Source: Takakia lepidozioides
Taxonomy: Eukaryota; Plantae; Bryophyta
Length of the DNA: 64,000 nt
Assembly: GCA_030704615.1 (NCBI GenBank)
Contig: CM060732.1
Location: forward strand, 5,332,001-5,396,000
Direction of reading: 5' to 3'
Position numbers and translations under genes: made by a program. Shown here piece by piece: positions 23,480 to 37,130 of the stretch. The first letter of the stretch is position 1. Each line of letters begins with the position of its first letter. Below the pieces are notes generated by a model that saw nothing but the letters and a program-made list of their open reading frames with translations, was not told the origin of the DNA and did no database searches.

Positions 23480-26112
23480 GACAAAGGAATAAACGAGACG
23501 GATTGGACTGGCACAACCCATCATCATTGTCTCCAGCCTTCAAGTGCGCACATTGCAAAGAACCAGAACCAAGCAATATTATGTAATCCATTTGCTCCCG
23601 GACTTGACTAGAGCTTGCATACACGTTGGGGTCCACTGCCACCCCCTTGGCGAGAGGCAACATGCGGGAGGCTGTGCACGAAGCACACGACATCATAAAA
23701 GAGGAGGTGAAATTGAGCCCCGGAGCCAGACCAAAGCAGATTCAGCTGAAGGCAGCCCACAAGATTGCTCTTGGCAAAATCATGTCTGAAGATGGTTCAA
23801 ACCGAGTGCCCTTGAACGAAGAGGAGATGCTTGACCTGTTGGAGTCTGTCTCGCACGTTTGTAGTCCGAATGTGCGAAATCACATCGTATCTTGCAAGCA
23901 GGAGTTCGGCCGGGGGTCGGATATGCACTCAATCCTGGAGGTGAAACGAAGGACTGGATATGACTACATCCAAGGTAGCAGGTTTCCAGGGCAAAGCAGC
24001 AAATCCGATCGTTGTTACATTTTTAAAATGTCAACATGTGGGCCTGTGAGTGGAGTCGACTTGGTCACTCGAATAACAACTGGAAACTTGTCGAATGCTT
24101 GGGTGATGTTTGACCACATCAAGCGAATTACAAACCATCAGTGGTTGACCATGGATGCGCATGTTTATGACTATCACTCCAAGAGGCTCATGAGGATTGC
24201 AATCTGCAAGATAAAAGGGGAGGACACACAGTCGGAGATGCATCTGTGGGAGGGCATAAACGAGCAGATGGCAATGGCGGGTTTGCCAAAGCCCAATTTT
24301 AGGGGAGCTCAGGCCAACTGGGCAGCGGTGCGGCATGTGTATGGTGAGGACCCCAATGTTCCAATGGAGGGGAAAGAGAGATCCTGTGGATTCCATTGGA
24401 TGCAAATTTGTTGCTAGCTCATTCGAAGCTGAACACCGTGTCATTTGTACGGCGTGGAAGGATGCACCCACATTTGATGACGCGGAGGTTAAGTTTTCTA
24501 TCATCGAGGCTTGGTGGAACACGTTAGGTGTAGTGGAGACAACCAATCTGGGAGCCTTGCACAGCTGGTTGGGGTGGTGGCATTCCCGGTATCGACAGTT
24601 CGGACAGTACATACGGGAGGTATGGTGCCAGACTTTTCGTGCAATTGTCGTTCTATTGCGGACCTTTCCATTTTTCCCTCACCATTGTTTCTGTCCTTGT
24701 AGGAGCAGTGCCTGGATTCCGACACGGACATGCCGAACACGAATATGGCAGAATCAGTCCACTCCTCCTGGCGAGCGTCTTTTGCCGCACATCTAGTGGA
24801 CGTAGTGACGGCCACAACGGAGGACATCGACAGAGCAATCATGCAGCAAGCCAGGTACTACAAATTCCTGAGTGGGAAACAATGGGGCTTTGGGCCGGAT
24901 AGGCAGGAATTGTTGGTACAAACAGCTTTGAGGTCAAAGAATCCATTGAAATGGGCAACAACATTGCGAGAGAAGATCAAAGGGACGCTTCTGCACCGCA
25001 GAGGTGAACACCTAGAGGGGGACGTCTGTACTCGCCCTGTGAGGCGGAGGATTGAAGAGGAACCCGGGTGCGAAGAGGATTCCTGGAGATTCGACAGGAA
25101 CATTCGGACAGCACCTCGAGGTCCCGTCATGTTGCCACACAATGTGTCTTCCAGCAGTGAAAGCCCAAGAGTTTCCAGATCGCCATCGCCTTCAAGCGGG
25201 GATTCTGTGGGAGAAATTCCCACTGCTCGTCTGCCCCAGATTCCGCCCACTATTATGCAGTTTGGCCAAGCCATTGTGGAGACGACTATGTCTGCGTCAC
25301 AGTGGAGAATTGCTCGCACAAGGCCGGCGTTTCGAGGCAGATGTTCCTCCATTCGAGTGGATACACGACAACGTTGTTTAGAGATGATAAGGAGGAATCC
25401 AGATGGGGCTGTCCCTGCTCCTACTTTTACAGGAAGATTTGTCCATGCAAAGTTTTCGGAGGCGACAACTACCCAGTTCTGGTTCTGCAGGCATGACATT
25501 ATGACTTGTGTGTATGGAAAGCCCAAGTATGACATACAAACAATGCCAGAGGCTCCCCGGTGTGGCCGGTGGAACCAGGATGCGATTTGAGTCAGGTTGA
25601 GGCCGACTCCCTTACTGCCGCAAGATTTTGGATGGTGCAGCGCACTGACGTCCCCAGACAACCATTTCCGCTTCCACAGCCTCCACCACCGACCCCTGTG
25701 AGAGCAAGAATAATGGGACGTGACAACTCTAAGCATCCTACACACCGTTGGGGGAAACGAAAAAGGCAGCGACCTCCTTCAAAAGTGAACGAGACAAGGA
25801 TGTGGAATGCACTTCGGATGAACTGTACAATCCCAATAGAAGTGCCCCCACCAGGCTTCGGGCGTGTATATCAGATGGCCACGGCAGGCTCAGCTGTCCG
25901 CAATGAGGTGTACACAATCACCATTTCAGAATTATCCACGTGCAATTGCACCGACTTCCAAACAAGGGGGCATCATCCCTTGCAAGCATCTGTACTACGT
26001 GTACCTAAAGAGACTTCGGTGTAATTCCACAACTCATCACTTCATACATACACCAGGGTTGAGCCCCCAAGAGGTGTACACTCTTCTGAATATGGATCCA
26101 GGGGACCAGTGA
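23480..26112 (+). pseudogene. MULE transposase copy 2 (5'-truncated, frameshifted; intron 24620-24702)
   Basis: ACIHVGVHCHP; VMFDHIKR; RSCGFHW; PNTNMAESVH; SWIM CNC...CKHLYY. Confidence 0.9.
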
Positions 26113-29100
26113 CCTTGGCTTGTGGGCCACAAGACAATGTTACGCCCATCCTTTTCGGAGTTACAGTTATAGTAGAACTGAACTGCTGCAAGTACCTCTG
26201 ACTTTGGCCACAGAAAGGTTCGACTTATGTCTTGTCTACCAGTAACCTATTTTGCTCGAACTAAGATAATACTATGCCATTAACTTCTGTTTCCACGTGT
26301 TTGTATTTTTATTTTTTGGGGGGTTTCTATTTTTGTGCTCTCCCAAACTTTGTTTTCCTCATTGGACCCCCGGCAAGGAAATGCGGCGCCGCATTTCCAA
26401 GTAATGTCGTACGTACTGGTAGTTGCGGCCTTCGTCACAGTAAGATAGTCGCACCGAGTCTTCAGGGAGCCGACCGTCGCCAACAGCGAATCCCTAAAAA
26501 ATCTCGCACGTGCGATCCGTAATGCGGCACCGCATTTCCCAGTTGAGTCGCAAACCTTTCCCGCCGAATGCAGGAAGAAGAAAGAATTTTGAAGCACTGC
26601 AGACTCTATTGTTGCATGGGGATCATACAATCGCGGCAGAAGGGTCAGCTTCATTCCAATGTTAGGGTATATAAAACCGCGGAATATTCTATACAGGCCA
26701 GTATGCGGCGTTCTTTTGCTGTGGTATACTGGATTTCTCGTTGCACAGTCAGTCATTTCCATGAGCAGGTCTAAAAAACCATGAGCGGAATTGTTACTGA
26801 CGACATATCTTCGCCGCATTACAGGATCTGGAACTTCCAAAAACGGCAATGTCAAATTTTTAAAAAACTATTATTTTAATACTTTTTTAATCTGCCGCAT
26901 TTCCAAATTTGGAGAAGTCCGCTCATGAAAACCGCGTGTCTTAGACTTCGGCTCACCGCTCATGCGGCTCATGGCTCATGGCTCATGGTTTCTGCTCATG
27001 AAATAGTAAACCTCTCCATCTTTGAATACACGGACAACATGCAAGGGAAAATATTGCATCCACAAAAGGACAACATGCTTGCGAGACCTGACATTCAATT
27101 ACCAGCAGTAAGCTACTGATTCTATCCTTGATTCTAACTTGTGGACAGTGCAACTTCTAGCTTACAGGGATCAGGAAGGGCCACACCACAATGACTACAT
27201 CCAACACTAGGTCCAATTTGTGACAATGAAACACCTACCCACAAAATCACATGCATTCTTCTCCTTCTTCCCCTAGCTCCTCCATCCACCTTTCCCTTTT
27301 CCTTTCCCCTTCCAAGAATGAATAGTATACACATGATGACACTCTTCTTGTGAAGTGGAGGCTACCAGGTCAGTTCCCCTGATAATTTTAGCCACAAAAA
27401 TCTCCTATGTTTCATCCATCAAAAGTGTGTAGCTGGGAAGCAATTGCAGGAAAGTCAAACCTAGGGTGAACAACGACAGCTCCTCCTCCATCATAGAATA
27501 ATTGGTTTATTTGTACATGGCAGGCACGTATGTTGGGTCACCTGATCTATATGTTGGCATCACGCGGGATTGAGGTTAACCGCCAATTCTCCTACGCAAC
27601 ATTGATGATCATATGCAATATGGTTCCTGCGTCTGAGGATCTCTCAAATGGGGTATGCCCCGACACGAAGGCAGCCCTCGAGAGGGACTTCCGCCTTGGA
27701 TGGAGCTCAACCTCACTAGAAGAGAAACCGGCTTTTTCCACGGCTCTGCCATCTCACACCTGGCACATTCCACGGCTTTTATAACGGGTCTGTAGACTGA
27801 GCCAAGGTGTGGGTCAAATATGCCCTAACTGTGGGGTGTCTCACATGTGGTTCACACCCCAGGCAAGAACGGTGTGAAAACAACCGTGACCGTGGTAGGG
27901 GTTGGCTTAGTTTACATGGCATGTTACACACCTGTGTGAAATGGGACCATACAATTATTTCCACTGATTGTGGTGTATGGGTTTAGTTAGCTGCAAATGG
28001 AATAAATCATGAACTTCAGAAATCTGCCCTCGGAAAGATGAAGAGGTGGTCGTCGCACTTTGCAATGTAAACCGAATGCAATGCAAGCTTAACAGTCCTC
28101 ATATTATGATTGAAGGGAGCCAAATTAAGTGTGACCATATCAGTGCAGGGACATAAATATGAATCATTCAACATTGTAAAATGAAAACAGGGTAGAGCTA
28201 GTACATGGTACCTTTAAAACTTGTTGCAGAGTGCAAAAGGTTTAACGATCAAAGTGCAGAAGGTTTAAATTTTTTTGCAAAAGTTGCTTGTAGGGTTTGC
28301 AAAAGGTTAATTTTTTAAAAAAGTTGCCCATCCCGGTAGCTGTGAACAGAGGGTTGGGACTTAGAGCGAGCGAGCAGGAGGGAGAGAGAGAGGGCTGGGA
28401 CTTAGAGCAGCGAGCGGGAGGGAGGGCAAACATGGGAGGCCCACAGTTGGAGCAACCTTCGCATCTGAAAAGCAAGCAACCCGACAAACGCTAGGGTATG
28501 TGTGCGAGGACTAGGTGTCGGCTGAGAGCTCGCCGTTCTGGGGAGAGTCAGCTTGGTCTTAGGTCGAGGACAATGTGGTGAGGGCACCTTCTTCTTCGAC
28601 CTATTTCAGCCTGTTTTGCGCTCTCATCAAACTCAGCCTTAAATTTGTAGCACGGAGCAGAGCTGGCATGAGTTTTTAAAGATCCTTCACGATGGTGGGA
28701 CAACCGCAATCGCAAGGTGTGGCTTTTTCTTAATGTACGATGTGAAGAAGTTTGTCCATCCTGCAAATGTCCTGTTAGTACCGTGCTTTGGTATCCTTCC
28801 TGATGTTTACAAGGTTCTTGGAAGAGTCAGCTTGGTCTTAACAGGCCGTGCTTCAATTTCTGCCCGTTCAGCTGCACCGTGGTGGTTCTCATAGACCAAT
28901 CAGACATTACCTGACTACAGACACAAGCAGCACACACAAGAGGTTCTCTTAGGTTCATGGTCAGTCAAATCCTCCATGGGTCATGACACAAGGTCGAGGA
29001 CAATGTGGTGAGGGCACCTTCTTCTTTGACCTATTTCAGCATGTTTTTCCCTCCCATCAGACTCGGTTGATAGAACTAGGCAGCGGTAACGGAGGCACCT

Positions 29101-29494
29101 TCTTCAATACATTTCAGCCTGTTTTCCTTGTTATCAGAGTTGTCCCTAATTTTCATGGTGAATTCTGCAAGTTAGCTCTTGGTGGATCTATGGTACCGGG
29201 GGTTTTGAAGTGATTTGACATGTTACTGCCTATGTGGCAACAGGAAAGTATTGAAAACAGATAACAGAAACTAAGAGAAGCTCTGGAATGAAGGATCAGG
29301 GATAGAGTGTGGGTTGAGATTCATCGAAGCGGGCCGGATTTAGATAGCTACAAGAAACCTGCATGGGTAGATGGTCAATTGGAAGCCGCGGCAGCAACGG
29401 CACAAATGATCAAATCAGGCACCTCAACCATGACCACAACTTCTGGAAGAGGATCAAGAGAGGGAGTCCACAATGCCTGTTCTGGCACTTCTGG

Positions 29495-31640
29495 GCATGT
29501 CAAGATGCTTTGTGAGGTAGGCAGATTGAATGAGGCTCTACAGACTTTAAACCAATGAGGAATTTCAGCAGATTTAGATAAGTATGTCTGTCTCTTGCTT
29601 AAGTGCATCAAGAGGAAAGGTTTGGAAGCTGGAAAGCAGGTGCACACTCACATTATGATCCAAAGTGGACTCACGCCAACTATTTTTCTCCTCAACACCC
29701 TTGTCAACCTGTATGTTAAGTGCGGGAGCATCATGAATGCTCACCAAGTTTTCAACAGAATGCCTCAACGATCTTTGATCTCATGGAATACAATGCTGGA
29801 AGGATTTACCACGCATGGGTGTTTATGTTTGCAAAAGCATGTGCAAGCCTGGGACCTCTAGAAAATGGGGGAAAGGGGGCACCTTCGCACAGCGGCTACA
29901 AGTGGGTAGATGGTCAATTGGAAACAGCAGCGGCAGCAGCACATTGATAGAACAAGGCACTAGCTAGGATCAATAGCTACAAGAAACCTGCATGGGTAGA
30001 TGGTCAACTAAAGGCAGCAGCTGCAATATCACAGTTGATAAAATCAAGCACCTCAACCAAGACCACAGCTTCTGGAAGAGGATCAAGAGAGGGAGTCCAC
30101 AAGCCTCTTCTGGCACTTCTGGGCATGTGAAGATGCCTTGTGAGGCACGCAGACTGAAAGAGGCTCTACAGACTTTAATTTAAACCAAAGAGGCATTTCA
30201 GCAGATTCAGAAACGCATGTCTGTCTCTTGCATAAGTGCATCAAGATGAAAGGCCTGGAAGTTGGAAAGCAGGTGCACACTCACATTATCCAAAGTGGAT
30301 TCACGCCAAATGTTTTTCTCCTCCACACCCTTGTCAACATGTATGTTAAGTGCGGGAGCATCATGGATGCTCACCAAGTGTTCAACAGAATGCCACAACG
30401 ATCTTTGATCACGTGGAATATCATGTTGGCAGGATTTACCAAGCATGGGTGTGGTAGGAATGCTTTGGAGACCTATGAGCAAATGATGGGGGAAGCGATT
30501 TAGCCCAACCACATCACGTTTGCAGCGTTTGCAGTGCGTGTGCAAGCCTGGCAACCCTGGAAAAGGGCAAAGAGGTGCATGGCGACATCGTCAGAGCTGG
30601 AATCCTACCTGATGTCATCCTGAATACTGCCCTGGTGGACATGTATGCCAAATGTGGGTGCATCGAGGATGCAAAGGGAGTGTTCGACAATATGGCTGAA
30701 CGAAATGTGGTGTCGTGGAGTGCGATGCTCGCACGATATGCACAGTAGGGGTGCGGGATGGAGGCTTTGGAGACCTATGAGCAAATGATGGGGGAAGGGG
30801 TGAAGCCCAACCACATCACGTTTGTGTGCGTTTGTAGTGCGTGTGCAAGCCTGACAGCCTTGCAAAAGGGCATAGAGGTGCATGGCGACATCGTCAGAGC
30901 TAGAATCGTACCAGATGTGATCCTGAACAATACCCTGGTGGACATGTATGCCAAATGTGGGAGCATCGAGCATGCAAAGGGAGTGTTCAACAATATGGCT
31001 GAACGAGATGTGGTGTTGTGGAGTGCATTGATTGCAGGATATGCACAGCAAGGGCGCGGGATGGAGGTTTTGGAGACCTATGAGCAAATGATCTGCGAAG
31101 GGGTGAAGCCCAACCATGTCACATTTGTGTGCGTTTGCAAGCCTGGCAGCCCTGGAAAAGGGCAAAGAGGTCCATGGTGACATTGTCAAAGCTGGAATTG
31201 TACCCAATGTCATTCTGAACTCTGCCCTGGTGGACATGTATGCCAAATGTGGGAGCATTGAGGATGCGAAGGGATTGTTCAACACTATGGCTGAACGAGA
31301 TGTGGTGTTGTGGAACACGATGCTTGCAGGGTATGCACAGCAGGGGCGCGAGATGGAGGCCTTGGAGACGTATGAGCAATTGATGGGGGAAGGGGTGAAG
31401 TGCAACCACATCACGTTTTGTGTGCGTTTGCAATGCTTGTGCAAGCCTAGCAGCCCTGGAAAAGGGCAAAGAGGTGCATGGTGACATCGCCAAAGCTGGA
31501 ATTGTACCAGATGTGATTCTGAACAATACCCTCGTGGACTTTTATGCTAAATGTGGGTCCATCGAGGATGCAAAGGCAGTGTTTGATAAGATGGCTGCAC
31601 AGTCATGGGATGGAGGCTTTGGATACCTATGAGCAAATGA
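29495..31640 (+). pseudogene. PLS-class PPR pseudogene with a duplicated N-terminal block
   Basis: MLCEVGRLNEALQ..., LLKCIKRKGLEAGKQVHTH..., and multiple P-L-S repeats with stops. Block 29343-29820 is repeated at about 29975-30450. Confidence 0.9.
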
Positions 31641-31754
31641 TGGGCAAAGGGCAACAGTTTGGAGGCTGTGATGGCTGCATATGTGTGGGGGAAAAGAAGC
31701 GAAGGGATAGAGTGTGGCCAGATTTCAGGCACAAGATTACTTATGATTCCCAGT

Positions 31755-32825
31755 GAATCAATAGCTACTAGCAACCTGCATGGGTAGATGGTCAACTGGA
31801 AGCTGCAGCAGCAACAATACAATAGATAAATTCAGGCACTGCTAATGAAGGTACCTTCTTCAACACATTTCACCCTGTTTTTCCCTCTTATCAGAATCGG
31901 CCCTGAATTTTCATGTTGAATTCTGCAAGGTGCTGGTTGAGTAAACCTTTGATAGTTTGGAGTGACTGACTGATATTGCCAATGTGACAACAGGAAAGTA
32001 TCCAGAAACAGGTAACAGAGACAAGGAGACCAGGAGCTGTGGAATGAACTGACCCCAGTCAATGGTGGGACAATCGAGGCAAAAGGTAAATGCCTGTTGG
32101 ATTACAGAGAGTAGCAAATGCAATTGAGCATAGGAACTAGTGTGATAAGTTGAGTTGGGTGTTTCCTAGAACAATTCTAGGCTTTTATTGTCAGTTGCTA
32201 GCAGCACAAGAAAGGGTGAATGCATGATTTGTGCAGAGGCATGGATAGCTGAAGGAGCAGGGATAGAGTGTGGGTCCGGATTCATCTAAGAGGGCCAGAT
32301 TTCAAGCTCCACATTACCTGTGATTCCCTGTGGATCAATAGCTACCAGAAACCTGCATGGGTAGATGGTCAACTGGCAGCAACGGCACAATTGATATAAT
32401 CAGGCACTGCTAATGAAAACATCTTCTTCATTACATTTCCCTCTTATTAGAATCGGCCCTAACTTTCCATGTTGAATTCTGCAAGTTAGCTGGTTGAGTG
32501 AATCTAGTTTGGAGTGACTTTGACATGATACTGCCGATGTGACAACAGGAAAGTATCCAGAACTAGGTAACAGAGACGAGGACAAGCTGTGGAATGAATA
32601 CTTTTCTGACCCCAGTCAATGGTGGGACAATTGAGGCAAGAAGGTGAATGCTTGTTGGATTATAGAGAGTAGCAGATGCAATTGAGCATAGGAACTAGTG
32701 TGATAAGTTGAGTTGGGTGTTTCCTAGAACAATTCTAGGCTGTCATCGTCAGCTGCTAGCAGCAAGGCAAGGATGTATGCTTGATTTGTGCAGAGGCATG
32801 GATAGCTGAAGGAGCAGGGATATAG
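31755..32825 (+). repeat. Tandem duplication of about 560 bp of PPR-associated non-coding DNA
   Basis: 31755-32330 is similar to 32335-32825, and also to 29090-29420. Confidence 0.75.
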
Positions 32826-32833
32826 TGAGAGAC

Positions 32834-35340
32834 TATTGATACAATCCGTTCACGCTTGAACACGAAATTCATAGTGCTCCTGGTGCATCGCCATCAGCCA
32901 TTGCTCTAGCAGCAAGCAAAGGATTCCTACAAAAGTATTTGTTTGGGGAATCGCAGGAGTCCACCACTAAATTTGACACTTCCTCCCCTGACGATGTTCT
33001 GGACCATTTCTCAACATTGAGTTCTCCGAATGTGCGAAATCAAATCAACGTCCTAAGGGGGGGTGCTACCAACACAGGCTTTATGGATAGCATCCTGGAG
33101 TTGAAGCGTATAAGCCGATATGACTTCAATCAGGACAGTGTTTTCCCGAGGCAAGGTGCCAGGAAAGTGTACTTATTCAAGATGTCCACAGTTGGTGAGG
33201 GATCGGGAGTTAGTCTGGTGCGAAGAATGCAGCCCGGTGGTGATCTTCATAAATCTTGGATTATGTTTGATCACATGAAACGTGTGAAGGAATGGACGAC
33301 CATGGCCTGTCATGTATACGATCCTGCATACCAGAGAGTGATGACTATTGTTGTTTGTGATATGCAGTCGGAGGACACAGAGTCACAAATTCTTATGTGG
33401 AAGTCCCTTGTTAACGTCATGACAGCTCATGGTGTCCCAGATCCAAACTTCACTGGGTTCATGGCTGACAGCGCTCAAGCAAATTGGAATGTTGTCCACA
33501 CTATTTTTGGTTCAGGCGACCCCAAACTACCATTGGAAGCCGGGAACACACTTGCCTCTTTCATTGGAGCCAGTCCCTACAACGCCACACAAAGAGTTCC
33601 ATAAAACTGGAGTTGCGGGAGGAGCATATGAGACTATGCCGTCTGTATAAAGATGCCACCTCCGAGCAGGAAGCCAACTCTATGTTCCAGACTATTTGAG
33701 CATGGTGGTACTCATCTGAGGCAGCGAGTCTGGATGAAATCAAAGAACTGGAAGACTGGTTGGGGTTCTGGCACTTCAGATATAGACAGTGGGGTGCCAA
33801 CTGTAAGTTAGTAGCGTCATTGCATGATTTTGCTTTATTCCTTCTCGTCAGGAGATATATTGTCATAGAACGAACAGGCCGTCCAATCCAGTTCTTATGC
33901 TGCTGTACGTAATCATGCTTGTGTTGAATTGCATGCAGAACATGTCACTGGAGGACATTGCCGGTATGCCCTCCTGCAATCTAGCGGAGACTGTGCATAG
34001 TAAGTGGATGGCGCAATCCGGCAAAAACGGGTGGAACCTGTACATTGCGACTGCAGATGACATGGTCCGGGCTGTTTCACAAGAAACAAGGTACCGGGAC
34101 TTCCTGAGGGGACGGGGTGCTGGCAAAGGTTCAGATAGGGAAGAGTTGCTACTCAGGTTTGCAAATAGAGCGAAGCATCCCGCCAAAATGGCGCGTGCTG
34201 TAAATGAGTTCACAAATGGACACCTTTGCAGTCCAGGCTCCCACATCTGGAAGGGGAGGAAAGATTCGGTTCATGCAAGCGCAAACTTGACACCCCTCCA
34301 GGATCCCCTGGTGACTCCCATCGGCATGACAGGGATAATTACTCAATTCCTCATGTGTCTGTGCCTCCGACATTCGAATCTGGCAGTCCTTCTGTCGGTG
34401 CCTGTTCTTCTGCTGTATACAATGCTTTATATCCCTCTGCTCCAGTGCGAGGAGAGGGAGAGATGATGCTGGTGGTGGAAGAGTCCGATTGTGTTGATGC
34501 AATGTGACACATTGAACGGATAGCCCAAGGATCAAAAGTTGGGTGCTCTGTTGTTAGGGCATTGTCCTTTGTGAAGTGCACCAGCAAGATTTTTAGGGGC
34601 GGAGGCGGGACTCCTGCCCCGTCTTTCACAGGTTTATTCAAACATTACGGTGCGCGAGAGTCCAGGCCTCACAAGTTTTGGCTTTGCCCTAATGACATTC
34701 AGCGTTGTGTGATGGGGACTTGTCGGGATTCAGTCCTCAGCAAGCCTCAAATTCCAGCCGTGTGGCCAGTGAAGTTGGGAACATGTTTGTCGAAGCAAGA
34801 AATTGAGATGCTGGAGGATGTCGGGTTTCGTCTTCCAAGAGGCCCAGCAGTCATAACACCAGTTTCATGTCGGGGTTCGCAATCCACATTCCCCCCACGT
34901 CCACCACATGGGAACGACTGGCCTACGAAACGAAATGGAAAACCGGTCCGTCGTGTTGAGGTAGGTCCCGAAAACAAGTGCAAAATTGAGTCAACAAGAA
35001 CCCTGCAGTGTCGGGTGACCCAAGTTGTCAATGTCCCCCCTCCAAGCTATGGGCGGGTGTACAGTATGGTGACATCAGGTTCTATTGTTCACGATAGGAC
35101 TTATGAGGTAACTGTTGGGAATTTTCCAAATTGCACATGCCCGGACTTCCAGAGCACTTTATCAAGCTCTATTGGAAAGAGACCCAAATTTGTCCCGTGC
35201 AAAACCTATACTACATCTACATTCACAGGATGTTTTGTGATCCTCACCGAGACACGTGCATTCACCAATCTACAATGGGTCCCACTGACGTTCATACACT
35301 TCTGCAGCGAGATAGGATTACAAAATATGAGGTGTTCTGA
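32834..35340 (+). pseudogene. MULE transposase copy 3 (5'-truncated, frameshifted; intron at about 33803-33937)
   Basis: IMFDHMKRVKEWTTMACHVYD; FMADSAQANW; CLFHW; PSCNLAETVH; SWIM CTCPDF...CQNLYY. Confidence 0.9.
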
Positions 35341-35455
35341 AGGAGTTGGATTCTTTGCCAATGACTCCACTTTGTTCAATGTAATGAATACATCCATTTC
35401 TATTTGGCTGAATCTGTTTTCGGTTTATTTGTATTGAGGTTAGTGGTTTTTCCAA

Positions 35456-36157
35456 TTAAGATGTCGTTGACGACACCTTAATCCCCCCACCTGCACACGC
35501 GCACCACCTTCGTAGTTGGATTCATATTTTTTTGATTATTTGGGTTTTTCCATGAATTGACATGTCGCAAAAGGTGGTGGGAAATAAGATGTCGTTGACG
35601 ACACCTTAATCCCTCCAACCTGCACACGCACCGCCGTGAAAGTTTTGTTCAGGTGGTGGGAATTAAGATGTCGCTGACGACATCTTAATCCCCCCGACCT
35701 GCACACGCACCGCCTTGAAAGTTTTGTTGAGGTTGTTGGAATTAAGATGACGTTGACGACACCTTAATCCCCCCTGCACACGCACCACCTTGAAAGCTTT
35801 TTGGATTCATTTTTTTTTTTTGTTTTTTGGGTTTTTCCATGAACTGTCATATCGCAAGAGGTGGTGGGAATTAAGATGTCGTTGACGAAACCTTAATCGC
35901 CCCGACCTGCACACGCACCGCCTTCAAAGTTTTGTTGGATTTTTGTTTTTTTCATTTTTGGGCCTTAATCTGAAAAGACGTGTGGCAACAGGTGCTGGGA
36001 TTTAAGATGTTGTTGACTACACCTTAATCCCCGCGACCTGCACACGTGTCGGCTTGAAAGTTTTGTTGGATTCAAATTTTCTAGTTTCTTGGGATTTTCC
36101 ATGAATTGTTTGTGGCAACAGGAGGTGGGAATTAAGATGTCGTTGATGACACCTTAA
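35456..36157. repeat. Array of about seven TAAGATGTCG-N4-CGACACCTTA palindrome units downstream of a transposase
   Basis: Units at about 35457, 35585, 35664, 35742, 35872, 36003 and 36133, spaced about 80-130 bp. Confidence 0.9.
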
Positions 36158-37130
36158 TCACATGTTTTCCTACACTGAGCCAAAGTTGCCCGTAATTCTG
36201 GAGAGGGGATCCACCCCAATACGAACTGAGGTGAATAAGGGTAGCACAATCCCAATGACTGCGGGCGATGTACGCAACAGATTTTGGGGTTTACAATTTT
36301 CGGTAAGCATGACATGCACGGCGAAAGACTGCACCGAACTCCACAGTCAGCCGCACAGAGAGACACCAACCAGAAAAACTGTCTTCAAAGACAAGATGCC
36401 ACAAGAAGCCGTATTGTGTTTGAATGAAATGCAAACCCTGCACAGGATATGAAGCCATCCATTATGGAAAGACGGCAACGGCCTCACGAGTCCAATAAAC
36501 AGGATACCCCGAATCAAATTTGTTTGTGCTGTGCTAGAAGAGCACAACACAAACACTGACACTCAGGGGGACACTCCGCACAAAGGTGCGCAACACATTA
36601 CGATTGCTGACATCAAGCTTTATACTGAAATCACTGCATTGCGCCGGTGACCGCGAAATGCAAATCGCAGGATAGGCAGTACAACATACGTGGATGCATA
36701 TGTGAAGCATCACAATTATTGCCAATGTGCAAGTATTGTTTAGAATTCGAATCGCGAGCGATTTTCACGGCGCTTCCTAATTTCCATGATTGCAAATACC
36801 TGTCGTGTACTGGCAGCCGGCGAAGTACATTTGACATATCACACAAGTAGACAGAACGGCAATTGAAGTGCAACCACTTAGTTTTTTGGGAAATTCAAAG
36901 ACGGAGAAATGGATGAATTCCGTTCGCACATAATAATGACACCCGCATCCAAATACGGTTAACAATGTTCAGATTGTAATTTCGATACATGCCAAAGCAA
37001 CCGTTGTTGCAAACGTCAAACTGGAGAGCTGTAGAGGCAGCGTGGGGAGCGTTTGTTTCCACCGGAGGAAGAAGAGAAGGAAGTCGCTATACTATACCAG
37101 CACTAGGACAGGAAGAGAGCCAGAGATAGA

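Larger units (their letters stand above)
20768..27014 (+). mobile_element. MULE element (6247 bp) with short imperfect TIRs and a 9-bp TSD
   Basis: TSD TCCATCTTT at 20759-20767 and 27015-27023. Termini GGGGGCTGCTATTTCATGAGC and GAGGTTTACTATTTCATGAGC (reverse complement). Subterminal GCTCAT repeats. Confidence 0.93.

Noticed and set aside
24858-25745. Long antisense ORFs over MULE transposases (also 42758-43219, 57585-58373)
   Set aside because: Shadow frames of the transposase coding strand.
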